Shown: piece by piece, positions 52,851-63,509 of the stretch
Layout: the number at the start of each line of letters is the position of its first letter
How positions within the stretch are numbered: the first letter of the stretch is position 1
Position numbers and translations under genes: made by a program
Origin: Alphaproteobacteria bacterium
Lineage (GTDB): Bacteria > Pseudomonadota > Alphaproteobacteria > SHVV01
DNA length: 64,000 nucleotides
Assembly: GCA_965261735.1 (NCBI GenBank)
Contig: OZ253470.1
Location: 4,832,001-4,896,000 of the forward strand
Direction: 5' to 3'
The notes under the pieces: generated by a model
What the model saw: only the letters and a program-made list of their open reading frames with translations
The model's database searches: none
Told to the model about the DNA's origin: nothing

Positions 52851-55125
52851 GAGACATACCCTCTTCGGCCGGCGACGTCTCGAAGGGCCCGGGGTCGCCA
52901 CCGACCACGGCCTCGGTCGCAAACGCCAACTGCACGACGGCGCCGCCCCCGGGCCTGTCGCGCAGCTCGATCGCGCCGCCATGGTCATCGACGATCTTCT
53001 TCACGATCGCGAGACCGAGCCCGGTACCCCTGTCGCGGGTCGTCACATAGGGCTCGGTGAGCCGGTCGTGTTGGCCCCCGGGCAGACCGCATCCGTTGTC
53101 GGCGAACTCGACGACGATGCGGCCGTCGTTCGTCTTGACCTCGACATCGATACGCCCCCGCGATGCGGCGGAGTCGCCGTCGCGGCCGACGATCGCTTCA
53201 GCCGCGTTCTCGTAGAGGTTGATCAAAACCTGGCTCATCTGGCGAGCATCGCACCGGAACATGACCGGATCGGGCGGCGTCGAGAGATCATGCAACAGGT
53301 CGGGATGCGCGAGCCGCTGCATGAACTGCGCGCGCTCGAGCAGCTCGGCCAAGTTCTCGCGCTCGAACACCGGTGCGGGCATGCGCGCGAACGCCGAAAA
53401 CTCGTCGACCATTCGGCCGATGTCCGCCGTCTGTCGAATAATCGTGTCGGTGCACTGGGTAAAGACCTCGGGCTCGGTGGTGATTTCCTTGAGGTACTTT
53501 CGTTTCAAGCGCTCGGCCGACAGTTGGATGGGCGTCAGGGGATTCTTGATTTCGTGGGCGATGCGCCGGGCGACATCGGCCCAGGCGGCGGTGCGCTGCG
53601 CCGTGACCAACGCCGTGATGTCGTCGAAGGTGAAGACGAAGTCGGTGATGGCGCCGCCGGCTCGCTCGGCCACAACGCGCACGAACAGCGTTCTCGCCCG
53701 GCCGCCGCGCGTCAGCTTGACCTCGCCTTCGGCAAGGCGGTCGGGCCGCTCCCGAGCCTCCTCGAGAAGGTGGGCGATCTCCGGAAATGCGTCCGCGAGG
53801 GGCTGTCCCGTCAGTGTCTCGGTGTCGGTTTCTAGCATCGTCGTCGCCGAGCGGTTGGGAAGATTGATGCGGCCGTCCGCATCGAGGCCGATAACACCGG
53901 CCGAAACGCCGGCCAGAACCGCCTCGGTGAACTGACGGCGCATGTCGAGTTGGCGATTGGCGGCGATGAGCTCGGAGCGCTGGCTGCTGAGCTGCCCCGT
54001 CATGCGATTGAAGGCCCGAGCGAGGTTGCCGAGTTCGTCGTCGCCGCTCGCTGCCTCGACCTGCACGTCGAGATTGCCGGCGCGCACCTGCTCGGCCGCG
54101 CTGATGAGATTGCCGATCGGTCGAACGACGCGGGTCGCAAAGGAGAGGCCGAGCCATACCGCGACCATCAACAGCAGCAGTGTGACGACGATGAAAAGGA
54201 GCGCAAAGGTGATCTGGATGCTGGAACGCTCGCCTTCGAGCTTCTCATAGGCAGCGACCGCGCGGCGGTTGCGCTCGACCTGCGAGATCACGCGCGGATC
54301 GACGAAGCGCCCGACATAGAGAAAGCTGTCGACAAAGCGGTTGAGGCGCACGATCGCGCGAACCCGGTCATCGGTATCGCTGGTGAAGAGGACGACCTCA
54401 CCTGCCGCCGCCTCGTTGAGCGCCGCCTGCGGTACGGAGCCAAACTCGAGCGCGAAACTCAGGCGCGAGCGCGCGACGACCCGCCCCGAGCGTGCGAACA
54501 CGATCGCCTCAGCGAGCGAACGCAAATCGGCTTGAGCTGACACGACGTTGTTGAAGCGCTGCGGATTGCGCAGCAGCACGTTGGCGTCCCGATTGAGGTC
54601 GTTCGCCATGGCCAGGATGTCGGCGCGGATGACTTTGCGGTGCTCATCGAGATACGCCTCGGCAACGGTTGCCGAAGCGGACAGCGCGTTGCGCACGCGA
54701 TCACCGAACCAGGCCTGTAGACCGAGGCTGAAAAACAGCGCGGAGAAGACGGCGATAATGATCGCTGGTGCCACGGCGACGACGCTGAACATCGCGACCG
54801 TCCGGGTGTGGAGCCGCGATCCGGCCGATCCCCGACGCCGCTCGACCCACAGCTTGACCAGTCGTCGCGCCACGATCGCGCCGAGGGACGCCAGCAGCAT
54901 GAGGTCGGCGAGAAGGAGGACGAGCACCGACCGCGGGTCGGGCCCGAAAGGCGAAGAGCGGGTAAGGGAGACGTAGGTGGCGATTCCCGACGCCACCGCG
55001 AGCAGCGCCAGCGAGAGGGCGAGCTTGCGCCCCAAGTCGATGCGCCGCGCCCACACCCTCAGGCGCAGCCAGGTGCGGCCGTTGGCGCGGGCCATGCCCG
55101 CGGTGGCTCCGCTCTGCTGACTCAT
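52840..55125 (-). CDS. ntrY: Sensor kinase NtrY
   Basis: GSRLH, HAMP and PAS domains; AWADVARRIAHEIKNPLTPIQLSAERL. Confidence 0.95.
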   Translation of the reverse strand: MSQQSGATAGMARANGRTWLRLRVWARRIDLGRKLALSLALLAVASGIATYVSLTRSSPFGPDPRSVLVLLLADLMLLASLGAIVARRLVKLWVERRRGSAGSRLHTRTVAMFSVVAVAPAIIIAVFSALFFSLGLQAWFGDRVRNALSASATVAEAYLDEHRKVIRADILAMANDLNRDANVLLRNPQRFNNVVSAQADLRSLAEAIVFARSGRVVARSRLSFALEFGSVPQAALNEAAAGEVVLFTSDTDDRVRAIVRLNRFVDSFLYVGRFVDPRVISQVERNRRAVAAYEKLEGERSSIQITFALLFIVVTLLLLMVAVWLGLSFATRVVRPIGNLISAAEQVRAGNLDVQVEAASGDDELGNLARAFNRMTGQLSSQRSELIAANRQLDMRRQFTEAVLAGVSAGVIGLDADGRINLPNRSATTMLETDTETLTGQPLADAFPEIAHLLEEARERPDRLAEGEVKLTRGGRARTLFVRVVAERAGGAITDFVFTFDDITALVTAQRTAAWADVARRIAHEIKNPLTPIQLSAERLKRKYLKEITTEPEVFTQCTDTIIRQTADIGRMVDEFSAFARMPAPVFERENLAELLERAQFMQRLAHPDLLHDLSTPPDPVMFRCDARQMSQVLINLYENAAEAIVGRDGDSAASRGRIDVEVKTNDGRIVVEFADNGCGLPGGQHDRLTEPYVTTRDRGTGLGLAIVKKIVDDHGGAIELRDRPGGGAVVQLAFATEAVVGGDPGPFETSPAEEGMSHGS

Positions 55126-55186
55126 CTCTCGCCCGAAGCGTTTTGTGTGCGCGCGCGAGAACTACCACGTGTGTTGCAATAATGCA

Positions 55187-56626
55187 TCACCTAAGCGTGC
55201 GCTCCACGGCGACGCCGAGCTCGCGCATCTTCTTGCGCAGGGTGTTTCGGTTGAGGCCCAGTAGTTGTGCCGCCTTGATCTGATTGCCCTTGCTCGCGGC
55301 TAGGCTAAGCCTGATCAGCGGCCGCTCGATCTCGCGAAGGATGCGGCGGTGGAGCCCGCTCGGCGGCAACCCCTCGGCGTGCGCGGCGAAGTAGCGCGCT
55401 AGATGGCGCTCAACGGCCGCGGCCAAGTTTTCTTCGCCGCCCCCGCGATCGGGGTCGCCAGCCTCGGCCATCGCCGTGGCGACCTCGGAGGCGCCGATCG
55501 TCTCGCCGGGATAAAGCGCCGTAAGCCGCATGGCGAGGTTCTCGAGCTCGCGCACGTTGCCGGGCCAGTCTTGCGCCATCAATCGCTCGAGGGCACCGGC
55601 ATCGAGGCTCTTGCGCGGCAGGCCCCGCGCCACCGCCCGCGACAGGAAATGGCGCATCAGGTCGGGAATGTCTTCCCGGTGTTGGCGCAGCGGCGGCAGC
55701 CGAATGGGCACAACGTTGAGGCGATAAAACAAATCCTCGCGAAAGAGGCCGCTGCGCACGAGCTGTTGAAGGTCGCGGTTGGTGGCTGCGATGATCCTGA
55801 CGTCGGTGGCGATCGGGGCGTGCCCGCCCACGGTGGTGTATTCGCCCTGCTGCAGGACTCGCAGCAGGCGGGTTTGGGCATCGAGCGGCATGTCGCCGAT
55901 TTCGTCGAGGAACAGGGTCCCGCCCTGGGCCTGGGCGAAACGGCCGATGCGGCGCCGGTTGGCGCCGGTGAATGCGCCTCTCTCATAGCCGAACAGCTCG
56001 CTCTCGATGAGGTCATGCGGAATGGCCGCCATATTGACGGCGACGAACGCGGGGCCTCGGCGCTTGCTGTAGTCATGCAGCGCGCGAGCGACCAGTTCCT
56101 TACCGGTTCCCGATTCGCCCGTGATCAGCACCGTGAGTTCGGTTCCGGTGAGGCGCGCCACGAGCCGGTACACCTCCTGCATGGCCGGCGAACGTCCGAT
56201 CAGCGGAATCGCTTCTGTGCCTCCGGCCGGCTGGGCTGGGCTCGCCGCCGCCGGCCGGTCGCGCTCGTCGAGGGAGCGTTCGATCACCCGGGCGAGGTCG
56301 TCGAGATCGAAGGGCTTGGGGAGGTATTCGTAAGCACCGCGCTCGGTGGCGCGGATCGCCGTCAGCAACGTGGTCTGCGCGCTCATGATGACGATCGGAA
56401 GATCGGGGCGCACCCTCTTGATGCGCGGCAGCAGGTCGAGTCCGTTGCCATCGGGCATGACCACGTCGGTAAGGACGAGATCGCCCTCGCCGGCGTCGAT
56501 CCATTGCCACAGCGTGGCCGCCTCTCCGGTCGAACGAACGGCATAGCCGATTCGGCGCAGCGCCTTTTCGAGCACGGTGCGAATGCTGCGATCGTCGTCC
56601 GCGATCAGGATGGTGGCCTGGTTCAA
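55187..56626 (-). CDS. ntrC: Nitrogen regulator NtrC
   Basis: Receiver domain, [14 protein letters not shown] and [13 protein letters not shown]; probable TTG start at 56626. Confidence 0.94.
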   Translation of the reverse strand: MNQATILIADDDRSIRTVLEKALRRIGYAVRSTGEAATLWQWIDAGEGDLVLTDVVMPDGNGLDLLPRIKRVRPDLPIVIMSAQTTLLTAIRATERGAYEYLPKPFDLDDLARVIERSLDERDRPAAASPAQPAGGTEAIPLIGRSPAMQEVYRLVARLTGTELTVLITGESGTGKELVARALHDYSKRRGPAFVAVNMAAIPHDLIESELFGYERGAFTGANRRRIGRFAQAQGGTLFLDEIGDMPLDAQTRLLRVLQQGEYTTVGGHAPIATDVRIIAATNRDLQQLVRSGLFREDLFYRLNVVPIRLPPLRQHREDIPDLMRHFLSRAVARGLPRKSLDAGALERLMAQDWPGNVRELENLAMRLTALYPGETIGASEVATAMAEAGDPDRGGGEENLAAAVERHLARYFAAHAEGLPPSGLHRRILREIERPLIRLSLAASKGNQIKAAQLLGLNRNTLRKKMRELGVAVERTLR

Positions 56627-56636
56627 CCCGTTCCTC

Positions 56637-57743
56637 TCACGCTTTCGCCGGCGCCGGGTCGCATACGGGCAGGCGGACGCGAAATTCGCACCCTTCGGGC
56701 GTGCTGTCGAACTCGATAACACCGCCATGGTCGTCGACGATCTTCGCCACCATGGCGAGCCCGAGTCCGGTGCCGCCGACCTTGTTCGTGACGAAGGGAT
56801 CGAACAGGTGGGCCGCGATGTCGTCCGGAATACCACTGCCGTTGTCGCGCACGCCGACCTCGAGCGGCAGGCTCACGCGTCCCGCATGGCTTTGAGTCTC
56901 GAGCCGTACACCGGGGCGAAAGGCGGTCGAGAGCTCGATCTCTCCATCGTCGTGCGGCACCGCCTCGGCGGCGTTCTTGATCAGGTTGAGGAACACCTGG
57001 ATCAATTCGTCGCCGTTAGCGAGGGCGGGCGGCAGCGAGGGATCGTAACTCTCGTGAAAGCGTACGCGGCTGGCGAAGCTCGTTTGCGCGAGCCGGCGCG
57101 TGCGCGCGAGGACCTCGTGAATGTTGACGGGGCCGCGTACCGTCGGCCTGTCGCCAAACATGTCGATCTGTTCGAGGAGCCGGCACACACGGTCGGACTC
57201 GTCACGAATGAGGCGCGCGAGCTCGCGATCGTCACCGCTGGCGTTTTGCTCCAGCAATTGGGCTGCGCCTCGGATCCCGGCGAGCGGATTCTTGACCTCG
57301 TGCGCGAGCACGGCCGCCATGCCGGTGACCGAGCGCGCCGCCCCGCGGTGGCTGAGCTGGCGATCGATGCGGGTGACGAGGGTGAGATCATCGAGCGAGA
57401 CCACGACCCACCCGCGCGTCTCTGCGAGCGGCGCGACCTGGACGTTGACCAGGCGCTCGCCAAGGCGGCGGCCGCCGATTTCCACGCCGTGCTCGAGCAC
57501 GTCGCTACCATGTTGGCGCGCTTGGGCGATGAGGGCGAACAGCGGGCTATCGAAGGCCACGAGCGCGCTCAGGGGGCGCCCGGCAAGATAGGGCGCGCCG
57601 ACACCGAAGAACTGCTCGGCCGCGGGATTGGCGTAGACGAAGCGCGTCGCTTCATCGAGGACCAGGACGGGCGCGAGCAGGCCGTTGAGTACGGCGGCCG
57701 CATCCAGCCGCGCGGACGGCTCGGCCGCCAACTCGGTCGTCAT
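56637..57743 (-). CDS. ntrB: Nitrogen regulation kinase NtrB
   Basis: PAS domain, [29 protein letters not shown] and GTGLGL. Confidence 0.94.
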   Translation of the reverse strand: MTTELAAEPSARLDAAAVLNGLLAPVLVLDEATRFVYANPAAEQFFGVGAPYLAGRPLSALVAFDSPLFALIAQARQHGSDVLEHGVEIGGRRLGERLVNVQVAPLAETRGWVVVSLDDLTLVTRIDRQLSHRGAARSVTGMAAVLAHEVKNPLAGIRGAAQLLEQNASGDDRELARLIRDESDRVCRLLEQIDMFGDRPTVRGPVNIHEVLARTRRLAQTSFASRVRFHESYDPSLPPALANGDELIQVFLNLIKNAAEAVPHDDGEIELSTAFRPGVRLETQSHAGRVSLPLEVGVRDNGSGIPDDIAAHLFDPFVTNKVGGTGLGLAMVAKIVDDHGGVIEFDSTPEGCEFRVRLPVCDPAPAKA

Positions 57744-58726
57744 GCCGCAGCGGCGTCGCAGGCGCCGGCGAAGAAGTCGCGCATGTGGGCCCGCACCTTG
57801 GCCGCGTCGGCGCATTGGTTGATGGCGTTGCGGAAGCGGTTGGCGAAGGGCAGACCGGCGGCGTACCAGGCGAGGTGTTTGCGGCCCACGCGCATGCCGA
57901 CATCGTGCCCGTAGTGGCCGAGCAGGTCCTCGTAGTGGATGGCGCACAGCGTGGCGCGCTCGGCCACCGCCGGATCGGGCCGGCGCTCGCCGGTGCGCAG
58001 GAACCCGATCGCCTGGCTCAGGAACCAGGGGCGACCGTAGCACGCGCGCCCGATCATCACCCCGTCGGCTCCCGACAGACGCATCGCCTCAGCCACATCG
58101 TTCAGATCGGTGATGTCACCATTGACGATGACGGGAATGTTCACAGCCTCTTTCACGCGGCGTATGAACGCCCAGTCCGAGGTGCCCTTGTAAAACTGGC
58201 AGCGGGTGCGGCCGTGCACCGCGATCATCTGGATGCCGCACGCCTCCGCGATGTGCGCGAGCCGCGGGGCATTGCGATTGGCATCGTCCCAGCCCGTTCG
58301 CATCTTGAGTGTTACCGGCAGTTTCACCGCTTTGACGGTAGCCTCGATCAGCCGGGCGGCGAGAACCTCGTCGCGCATGAGCGCCGATCCGGCGTAGCCG
58401 TTGACTACCTTCTTGGCCGGGCAGCCGAAGTTGATGTCGATGAGGGCGGCGCCTCGGTCCTCGTTGAGCTTGGCGGCCTCGGCCAGCACCGCCGGGTCGC
58501 GGCCGGCGAGCTGGATCGCCATCGGGTATTCCTCGGGCACGTTCTCGGCCATTTTCAGCGATTGGCGCGTGGCGCGGATCATCGATTGGCTGGCGATCAT
58601 TTCCGATACGACCAGGCCCGCGCCGATGCGCTTGACGAGGCGGCGAAACGGTAAGTCCGTCACCCCGGACATGGGCGCCAGGAAAACCGGATCCTCGATG
58701 TGGACCGCGCCGACTTGTATGGCCAT
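57740..58726 (-). CDS. dusB: tRNA-dihydrouridine synthase B (NifR3)
   Basis: [19 protein letters not shown] and HGRTR motifs. Confidence 0.95.
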   Translation of the reverse strand: MAIQVGAVHIEDPVFLAPMSGVTDLPFRRLVKRIGAGLVVSEMIASQSMIRATRQSLKMAENVPEEYPMAIQLAGRDPAVLAEAAKLNEDRGAALIDINFGCPAKKVVNGYAGSALMRDEVLAARLIEATVKAVKLPVTLKMRTGWDDANRNAPRLAHIAEACGIQMIAVHGRTRCQFYKGTSDWAFIRRVKEAVNIPVIVNGDITDLNDVAEAMRLSGADGVMIGRACYGRPWFLSQAIGFLRTGERRPDPAVAERATLCAIHYEDLLGHYGHDVGMRVGRKHLAWYAAGLPFANRFRNAINQCADAAKVRAHMRDFFAGACDAAAA

Positions 58727-58739
58727 CAAGGCCCCCGAG

Positions 58740-58784
58740 TGCTCAATTGTTGGGCAGCCGCAACGACTGCCCCAATTTTGGGCA
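58740..58784. promoter_or_regulatory. Two NtrC-type boxes upstream of dusB-ntrBC
   Basis: TGCTCAATTGTTGGGCA (58740-58756) and TGCCCCAATTTTGGGCA (58768-58784), both TGC-N11-GCA. Confidence 0.7.
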
Positions 58785-58935
58785 ATCTATCGCGGGCCTG
58801 CCTCCGGGGCAATGATTCCGCCGCGTGCGCGCTTGGCGGTCCCCCGCCCCTCTGGCAGAGGTTCGGGCCAGGGCTTGGCAATCGGGTCCCGTGGACCTAG
58901 GGTTGCCCCATGATGCCGTGCCGGGGCCGAGTCGG

Positions 58936-60084
58936 GTGAGTGTCGCCGCCCTCATCGTGGCCGCAGGGCGCGGCGAGCGTTTCGGCGGCCCGCTGCGCAA
59001 GTCCTACATGCCGCTCGGCGGAGCGCCCTTGCTGCGCCACAGCGTCGCCGCCTATTGCGCCCATCCCGAGGTCGGCGCGGTGCGCGTCGTCATCCATCGC
59101 GACGATGCCGCCCTCTATGAAGCAGCCGTGGGCGGCCTGGCGCTGCTGGCCCCGGTGCCGGGGGGCGCGACGCGCCAACAATCCGTGCGCGCCGGCCTCG
59201 AAAGCCTCGTCGAGGAGGCGCCCGACCGGGTTCTTATCCATGACGGTGCGCGACCCTTTCCCGGTTCAGCGATCGCGCACGTCCTGCGGGGGCTCGAAGA
59301 GGCGCCGGGCGCGGTCGCGGCGCTGCCGCTGCGCGATACGCTGAAGTCGGCCGAAGGAGGCCGCATCCTCGCGACCGTGGACCGCACCGGCCTATGGCGC
59401 GCCCAGACGCCGCAGGGGTTTCGTTTCGCCGATATCCTGGCCGCCCATCGCGCAGCGGGCGACCTCGAAGCCACCGACGATGCCGGTGTCGCCGAGCGAG
59501 CGGGTATCCCCGTCAGCCTGGTCCCGGGCTCGGAGCACAACATCAAGGTCACGACGCCCGAAGATCTCGCGCGCGCCGAGGGCATCCTAATGAGCCACCT
59601 CGGCGACGTTCGTTGCGCCATGGGCTTCGATGTACACCGCTTCGTACCGGGCGATGGCGTGCGCCTGTGTGGCGTCGCCATCCCCTATGATCGGGCGCTT
59701 GCCGGCCACTCGGATGCCGACGTCGCGCTCCACGCGCTGACGGACGCGCTGCTCGGCGCACTCGGCGAGGGCGATATCGGCCTCCATTTCCCGCCCGATG
59801 ATGCCCAGTGGCGGGACGCCGATTCGGCGGTGTTTGTACGACGCGCCGCGGCCATGGTGGCCGAGCGCGGCGGGCAGATCGGCCACATCGATCTGACACT
59901 GATCTGCGAGGCGCCGCAGATCGCGCCCCACCGCTCGGCCATGGTCGCCTCCCTCGCCGCGTTGCTCGGCATCGCCGAGTCCCGGGTCAGCGTCAAGGCG
60001 ACGACGACCGAGCGCCTCGGCTTCACCGGTCGTGGCGAGGGCATCGCCGCCCAGGCGACTGCGACCGTGCGCCTCCCCTTCTAG
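58936..60084 (+). CDS. ispDF: Bifunctional IspD/IspF
   Basis: AAGRGERFG, IHDGARP and AQTPQGF (IspD); GFDVH, GHSDADV and GDIGLHFPP (IspF). Confidence 0.96.
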   Translation: MSVAALIVAAGRGERFGGPLRKSYMPLGGAPLLRHSVAAYCAHPEVGAVRVVIHRDDAALYEAAVGGLALLAPVPGGATRQQSVRAGLESLVEEAPDRVLIHDGARPFPGSAIAHVLRGLEEAPGAVAALPLRDTLKSAEGGRILATVDRTGLWRAQTPQGFRFADILAAHRAAGDLEATDDAGVAERAGIPVSLVPGSEHNIKVTTPEDLARAEGILMSHLGDVRCAMGFDVHRFVPGDGVRLCGVAIPYDRALAGHSDADVALHALTDALLGALGEGDIGLHFPPDDAQWRDADSAVFVRRAAAMVAERGGQIGHIDLTLICEAPQIAPHRSAMVASLAALLGIAESRVSVKATTTERLGFTGRGEGIAAQATATVRLPF

Positions 60085-60094
60085 AGCGACGATC

Positions 60095-60610
60095 GTGGCG
60101 GAAGAACAGCCTTCGCCTCCGACGCCGCTGCGCCTGCGGCATCCGGCGGCGCTGATCGCCACCTGCGGCGGCATCGGCTTGCTGCCCTGGGCCCCCGGCA
60201 CCTGGGGATCGCTGGCGGCGCTGCCCGTCGCGTGGCTGATCCACCAGAGCTTCGGTGCCGCCGCGCTCCTTGCCGCGACCCTGATCGCGTTCCTGGCCGG
60301 ATGGTGGGCGGCCGGCGTCTACATAACGGCCGCCGATGACAAGGATCCGAGCGCGGTGGTCGTCGACGAGGTCGCCGGGTTGTGGCTCGTCCTCGCCACC
60401 GTGCCCCGCGAAGCGCTCGCCTATGCCGTGGCCTTCGCCCTGTTCCGCCTGTTCGATATCACCAAGCCGTGGCCCGTACGGTGGGCCGACCGCGAGCTGT
60501 CGAGCGGTCTAGGCGTCATGCTCGATGACGTGCTCGCCGCCGTCTACGCGGCCTTTGCGCTCTATCTGTTGTTATGGCTGATCGCCGCAACCGGTTTGGG
60601 AGGCGCGTGA
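60095..60610 (+). CDS. pgpA: Phosphatidylglycerophosphatase A
   Basis: APGTWGS, VVVDEVAG, FRLFDITKPWP and GVMLDD motifs. Confidence 0.95.
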   Translation: MAEEQPSPPTPLRLRHPAALIATCGGIGLLPWAPGTWGSLAALPVAWLIHQSFGAAALLAATLIAFLAGWWAAGVYITAADDKDPSAVVVDEVAGLWLVLATVPREALAYAVAFALFRLFDITKPWPVRWADRELSSGLGVMLDDVLAAVYAAFALYLLLWLIAATGLGGA

Positions 60611-61107
60611 TGTTTTCGCCGGCGCTTCTTGAGCGCGCCCAACATGTGATCGCCGCCTGCCGGGCCAAAGGGCTTCACCTCGCCGCCACCGAGTCGTGCA
60701 CGGGCGGGCTCATCCTCGGCTGCCTCACCGCCATCGCCGGCTCGTCGGACGTGGTCGAGCGCGGCTTCGTCGTCTATACCAACGAGGCCAAGACGGAGCT
60801 GTTGGGCGTGCCCGAGGGGCTGTTCGCCGAGGTCGGCGCCGTCAGCGAGGACGTGGCACGCGCGATGGCCGAAGGCGCGCTCGCCCACGCGCCGGCCGAG
60901 GTCGCCGTCTCCTGCACTGGCATCACCGGACCGGGCGGCGGCACGGCTGAGAAACCGGTGGGTTTGGTCCACCTGGCGGTCGCACAGCGTGGCGCCGCAA
61001 CCCTGCACCGGCGCTGCACCTACGGCGACATCGGCCGCGATGCCGTGCGCCTCGCCGCGGTCGCCGACGCTCTTGACCTGGTGCTGGAGGGCCTGGAAGC
61101 CCACTAA
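60610..61107 (+). CDS. cinA: CinA C-terminal/PncC NMN deamidase
   Basis: ESCTGGL, GAVS..VARAMAEGA, TGITGPGGG and KPVGLV motifs. Confidence 0.92.
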   Translation: MFSPALLERAQHVIAACRAKGLHLAATESCTGGLILGCLTAIAGSSDVVERGFVVYTNEAKTELLGVPEGLFAEVGAVSEDVARAMAEGALAHAPAEVAVSCTGITGPGGGTAEKPVGLVHLAVAQRGAATLHRRCTYGDIGRDAVRLAAVADALDLVLEGLEAH

Positions 61108-61166
61108 GACTTTGTGAATTTCTGGGTTAGAGTCAATCGATGACAAATCGACGAATGCCTCGAAAA

Positions 61167-61397
61167 TCAAGCAGCGGGGCATTGTCGGAGCAAGTGGGAG
61201 TGTTTGCGGGACTGGTATATTTTTCCCTTTTGTACCAACCTCTTGCACGCAAAATCCCGATGAAGCTTGTGATCGTGCGAATACAACAAGCGCACCCCTG
61301 ATACTCTGGCTAAGGCGATAATATGAGTATCATTGGACACACAGATCCCCATCCTTTACACGTTCCTCACTTCCTGGTTGATCTGCTTACTTCTACG
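61167..61397 (-). pseudogene. PIN-domain-like protein remnant
   Basis: SNDTHIIALA...LLYSHDHKL resembles a PIN C-terminus; in-frame TAA at 61356-61358; N-terminus missing. Confidence 0.5.
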
Positions 61398-61491
61398 TGA
61401 TTATCCCATTGACGTACGTCATTCGGGGCGATAGGAACTGTGTGACATTATCCTACCGTGGGTCACGCGGCTCTATCTATCGGGTGAATGA

Positions 61492-62112
61492 ATGTTAAAG
61501 TGGTTCGCGCGCCTCATCCTGCCTAACGTTATGGGATTTTGGCGCGGTTTGGAGTTGGACGGCAGCGGCAATCCCCACAGCAGTCGCCGGGGTTGCTGGG
61601 ATGATCGGGGTCTATGATAGCCTGTCGTTAATGTGGGCGGTTGCAGGGACAACCTTTACCGCTGCCTCCACCATTTTAATTGTAGTTGGATATAAGATTC
61701 ATCGGTTTCAAGGGAATCCTGGACACAAACTGAAATTTGTTGGGCCGCATGTGTAAATGACAAATTCTCTGTCCGCCTAGGATTCGAAATTAGGAATGAT
61801 GCTCTATTCTCGATTGAAATTAATTTGAGTGATCTTCGAACCTCATGCGCAAGTACGATTAATCCAAACAACAAGAAGAATTTCAGGAATTTCAAGATTC
61901 CACCTGGGGAAACGATCGTACATTATGAAGCGGCAATCGACATCACAAGGAATGCCGATGAGGTAATGCATGGTAGAATGGAGATGTCTATTAACTACGG
62001 ACATTCTGGAAAGATTCGGTATGTAATAATTAAAGATATAGATTTTTTAATCCCGCGCGACCCGTCGCGACCGTTTCGTTCAATGGATCATGTGGAGGTG
62101 GATCATGTCTAG
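61492..62112 (+). pseudogene. Low-GC membrane-anchored hypothetical gene with two apparent frameshifts
   Basis: Three consecutive reading segments: MLKWFARLILPNV / WDFGAVWSW..TM..KLKFVGPHV / VNDKFSVRLGFEIRND...VEVDHV*. Confidence 0.5.
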
Positions 62113-62395
62113 GGGCCACTACCTTTCCTTAGAAGATGCCCGTAGTGTTGGCCAAATCGACCGGTTCTGCAAAGAACACCAGACAGAAGGCGACAAGGTG
62201 CGCTTTGAAAGATTACTTCTGGCGGTGGCTAAAATGCCACCAGAAGCCGATCAAACATCCGATCAGGATGCCTCCGCATATTGTAGCGATACTCGAACTC
62301 CTTCACGTATTTCTGAAGGTGCTTCCGGAAAACGTGAACGTGCGTCCCACGGATCTACAACTTCAGCCGCGCCCAAAAGCCCTCGATCCCGTTGA
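62105..62395 (+). CDS. Small hypothetical protein overlapping the 3' end of the IS1595 transposase remnant on the opposite strand
   Basis: MSRGHYLSLEDAR...; start overlaps the end of the upstream gene. Confidence 0.45.
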   Translation: MSRGHYLSLEDARSVGQIDRFCKEHQTEGDKVRFERLLLAVAKMPPEADQTSDQDASAYCSDTRTPSRISEGASGKRERASHGSTTSAAPKSPRSR

Positions 62396-62572
62396 CATGA
62401 CAATCGCCGTCAACATATTCGCCAGCACCGTGGTTCACAGTCTCATGCTCGAAACCGGCCTTGGAAAGCCCGCTGAAGGATTTAAGTTCATCGGTATGAA
62501 CCGTGCTGCCCTGTTCGACGTTCCCTTTGATGATCGGCTGAAGCGTATTCTTCCGAACGTTCGGGACAACGC
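62229..62572 (-). pseudogene. C-terminal remnant of a second IS1595-family transposase
   Basis: Manual translation: VVPNVRKNTLQPII..STVHTDE..HETVNH..EYVDGDCHVNGIEGFWARLKL*IRGTHVHV..HLQKYVKEFEYRYN; internal TAG at 62355-62357. Confidence 0.88.
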
Positions 62573-62610
62573 TTTCCTATCCGGTTGACACCCACACCCA
62601 CTAGGGCTAG
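62573..62610 (+). mobile_element. Left-end stub of an IS1595 element matching the one at the window start
   Basis: CCTATCCGGTTGACACCCACACCCACTAGGGCTAG is the reverse complement of 413-447 at 33/35 positions. Confidence 0.8.
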
Positions 62611-63509
62611 TGGATTGATTCCAACGTTTGGAACCCTCTGTTTCGTGCGGCGATGATATGATCGGGGTCGGCTTTCCAGATGAAGGGTTTTGGGTTTGCG
62701 TCATTGTATTCGCGGACAAATCGGTTGATGGCGTCCTGAAGGTCGACGACGGATTGGAAGACGCCGTATTTGAGCCTGCGCCGCGTTAGTTTGGCGAAGA
62801 AGCCCTCGACGGCATTGAGCCACGAGCACGAGGTTGGCGTGAAGTGGAAGGTCCAGCGTGGATGGCGGGCGAGCCAGGCGCGGACCTTGTCCTTCTTGTG
62901 CGCGGCGTAGTTGTCGAGGATGACGTGGACGGCCTTGTCCGTCGGCACCTCGCGCTCGATGCGGTTGAGGAAGCGGATGAACTCCTGATGGCGGTGGCGC
63001 TGCATGTTCTGTGCGATGACCGTACCGTCCAGCACGTTGAGCGCGGCGAACAGCGTCGTCGTGCCATGCCGTTTGTAATCATAGGTCATCGTACCGGCGC
63101 GGCCCTTCTTCATCGGCAAGCCGGGTTGGGTGCGGTCGAGCGCCTGGATCTGTGATTTCTCATCAACCGACAGCACCACGGCATGGGCCGGCGGATCGAC
63201 ATACAAGCCGACGATATCTGTGAGCTTCTCGGCGAAGGCGGGATCATTGGAGAGCTTGAAGTGCCGCCAGCGGTGCGGGCTGAGGCCATGGGCCTTCCAG
63301 ATCGCTTGGACCGTCGACGCCGCGACGCCAGCAACCTTCGCCATCGCGCGCAGCGTCCAGTGGGTCGCCTCGTGCGGCGGCGCTTGCTGGGTCAGGCGGA
63401 CGATCTCGGCGACGCGCTCCGGCGGGATCGGCGCTTTGCCAGGCGGACGGGACCTGTCGCGAAGCAAGCCGTTGACACCCTCGTGCATGAACCGCTCCTG
63501 CCAGCGCCA
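62607..63509 (-). pseudogene. IS630-family transposase, interrupted near its N-terminus by IS256 B
   Basis: WRWQERF, VDEKSQIQAL, DYKRHGTTTL, ILDNYAAH and WLNAVEGFF motifs; stop codon lies in the CTAG target. Confidence 0.92.

Noticed and set aside
62136-62588. 150-aa + strand ORF
   Set aside because: Mostly antisense to the IS1595 transposase remnant.
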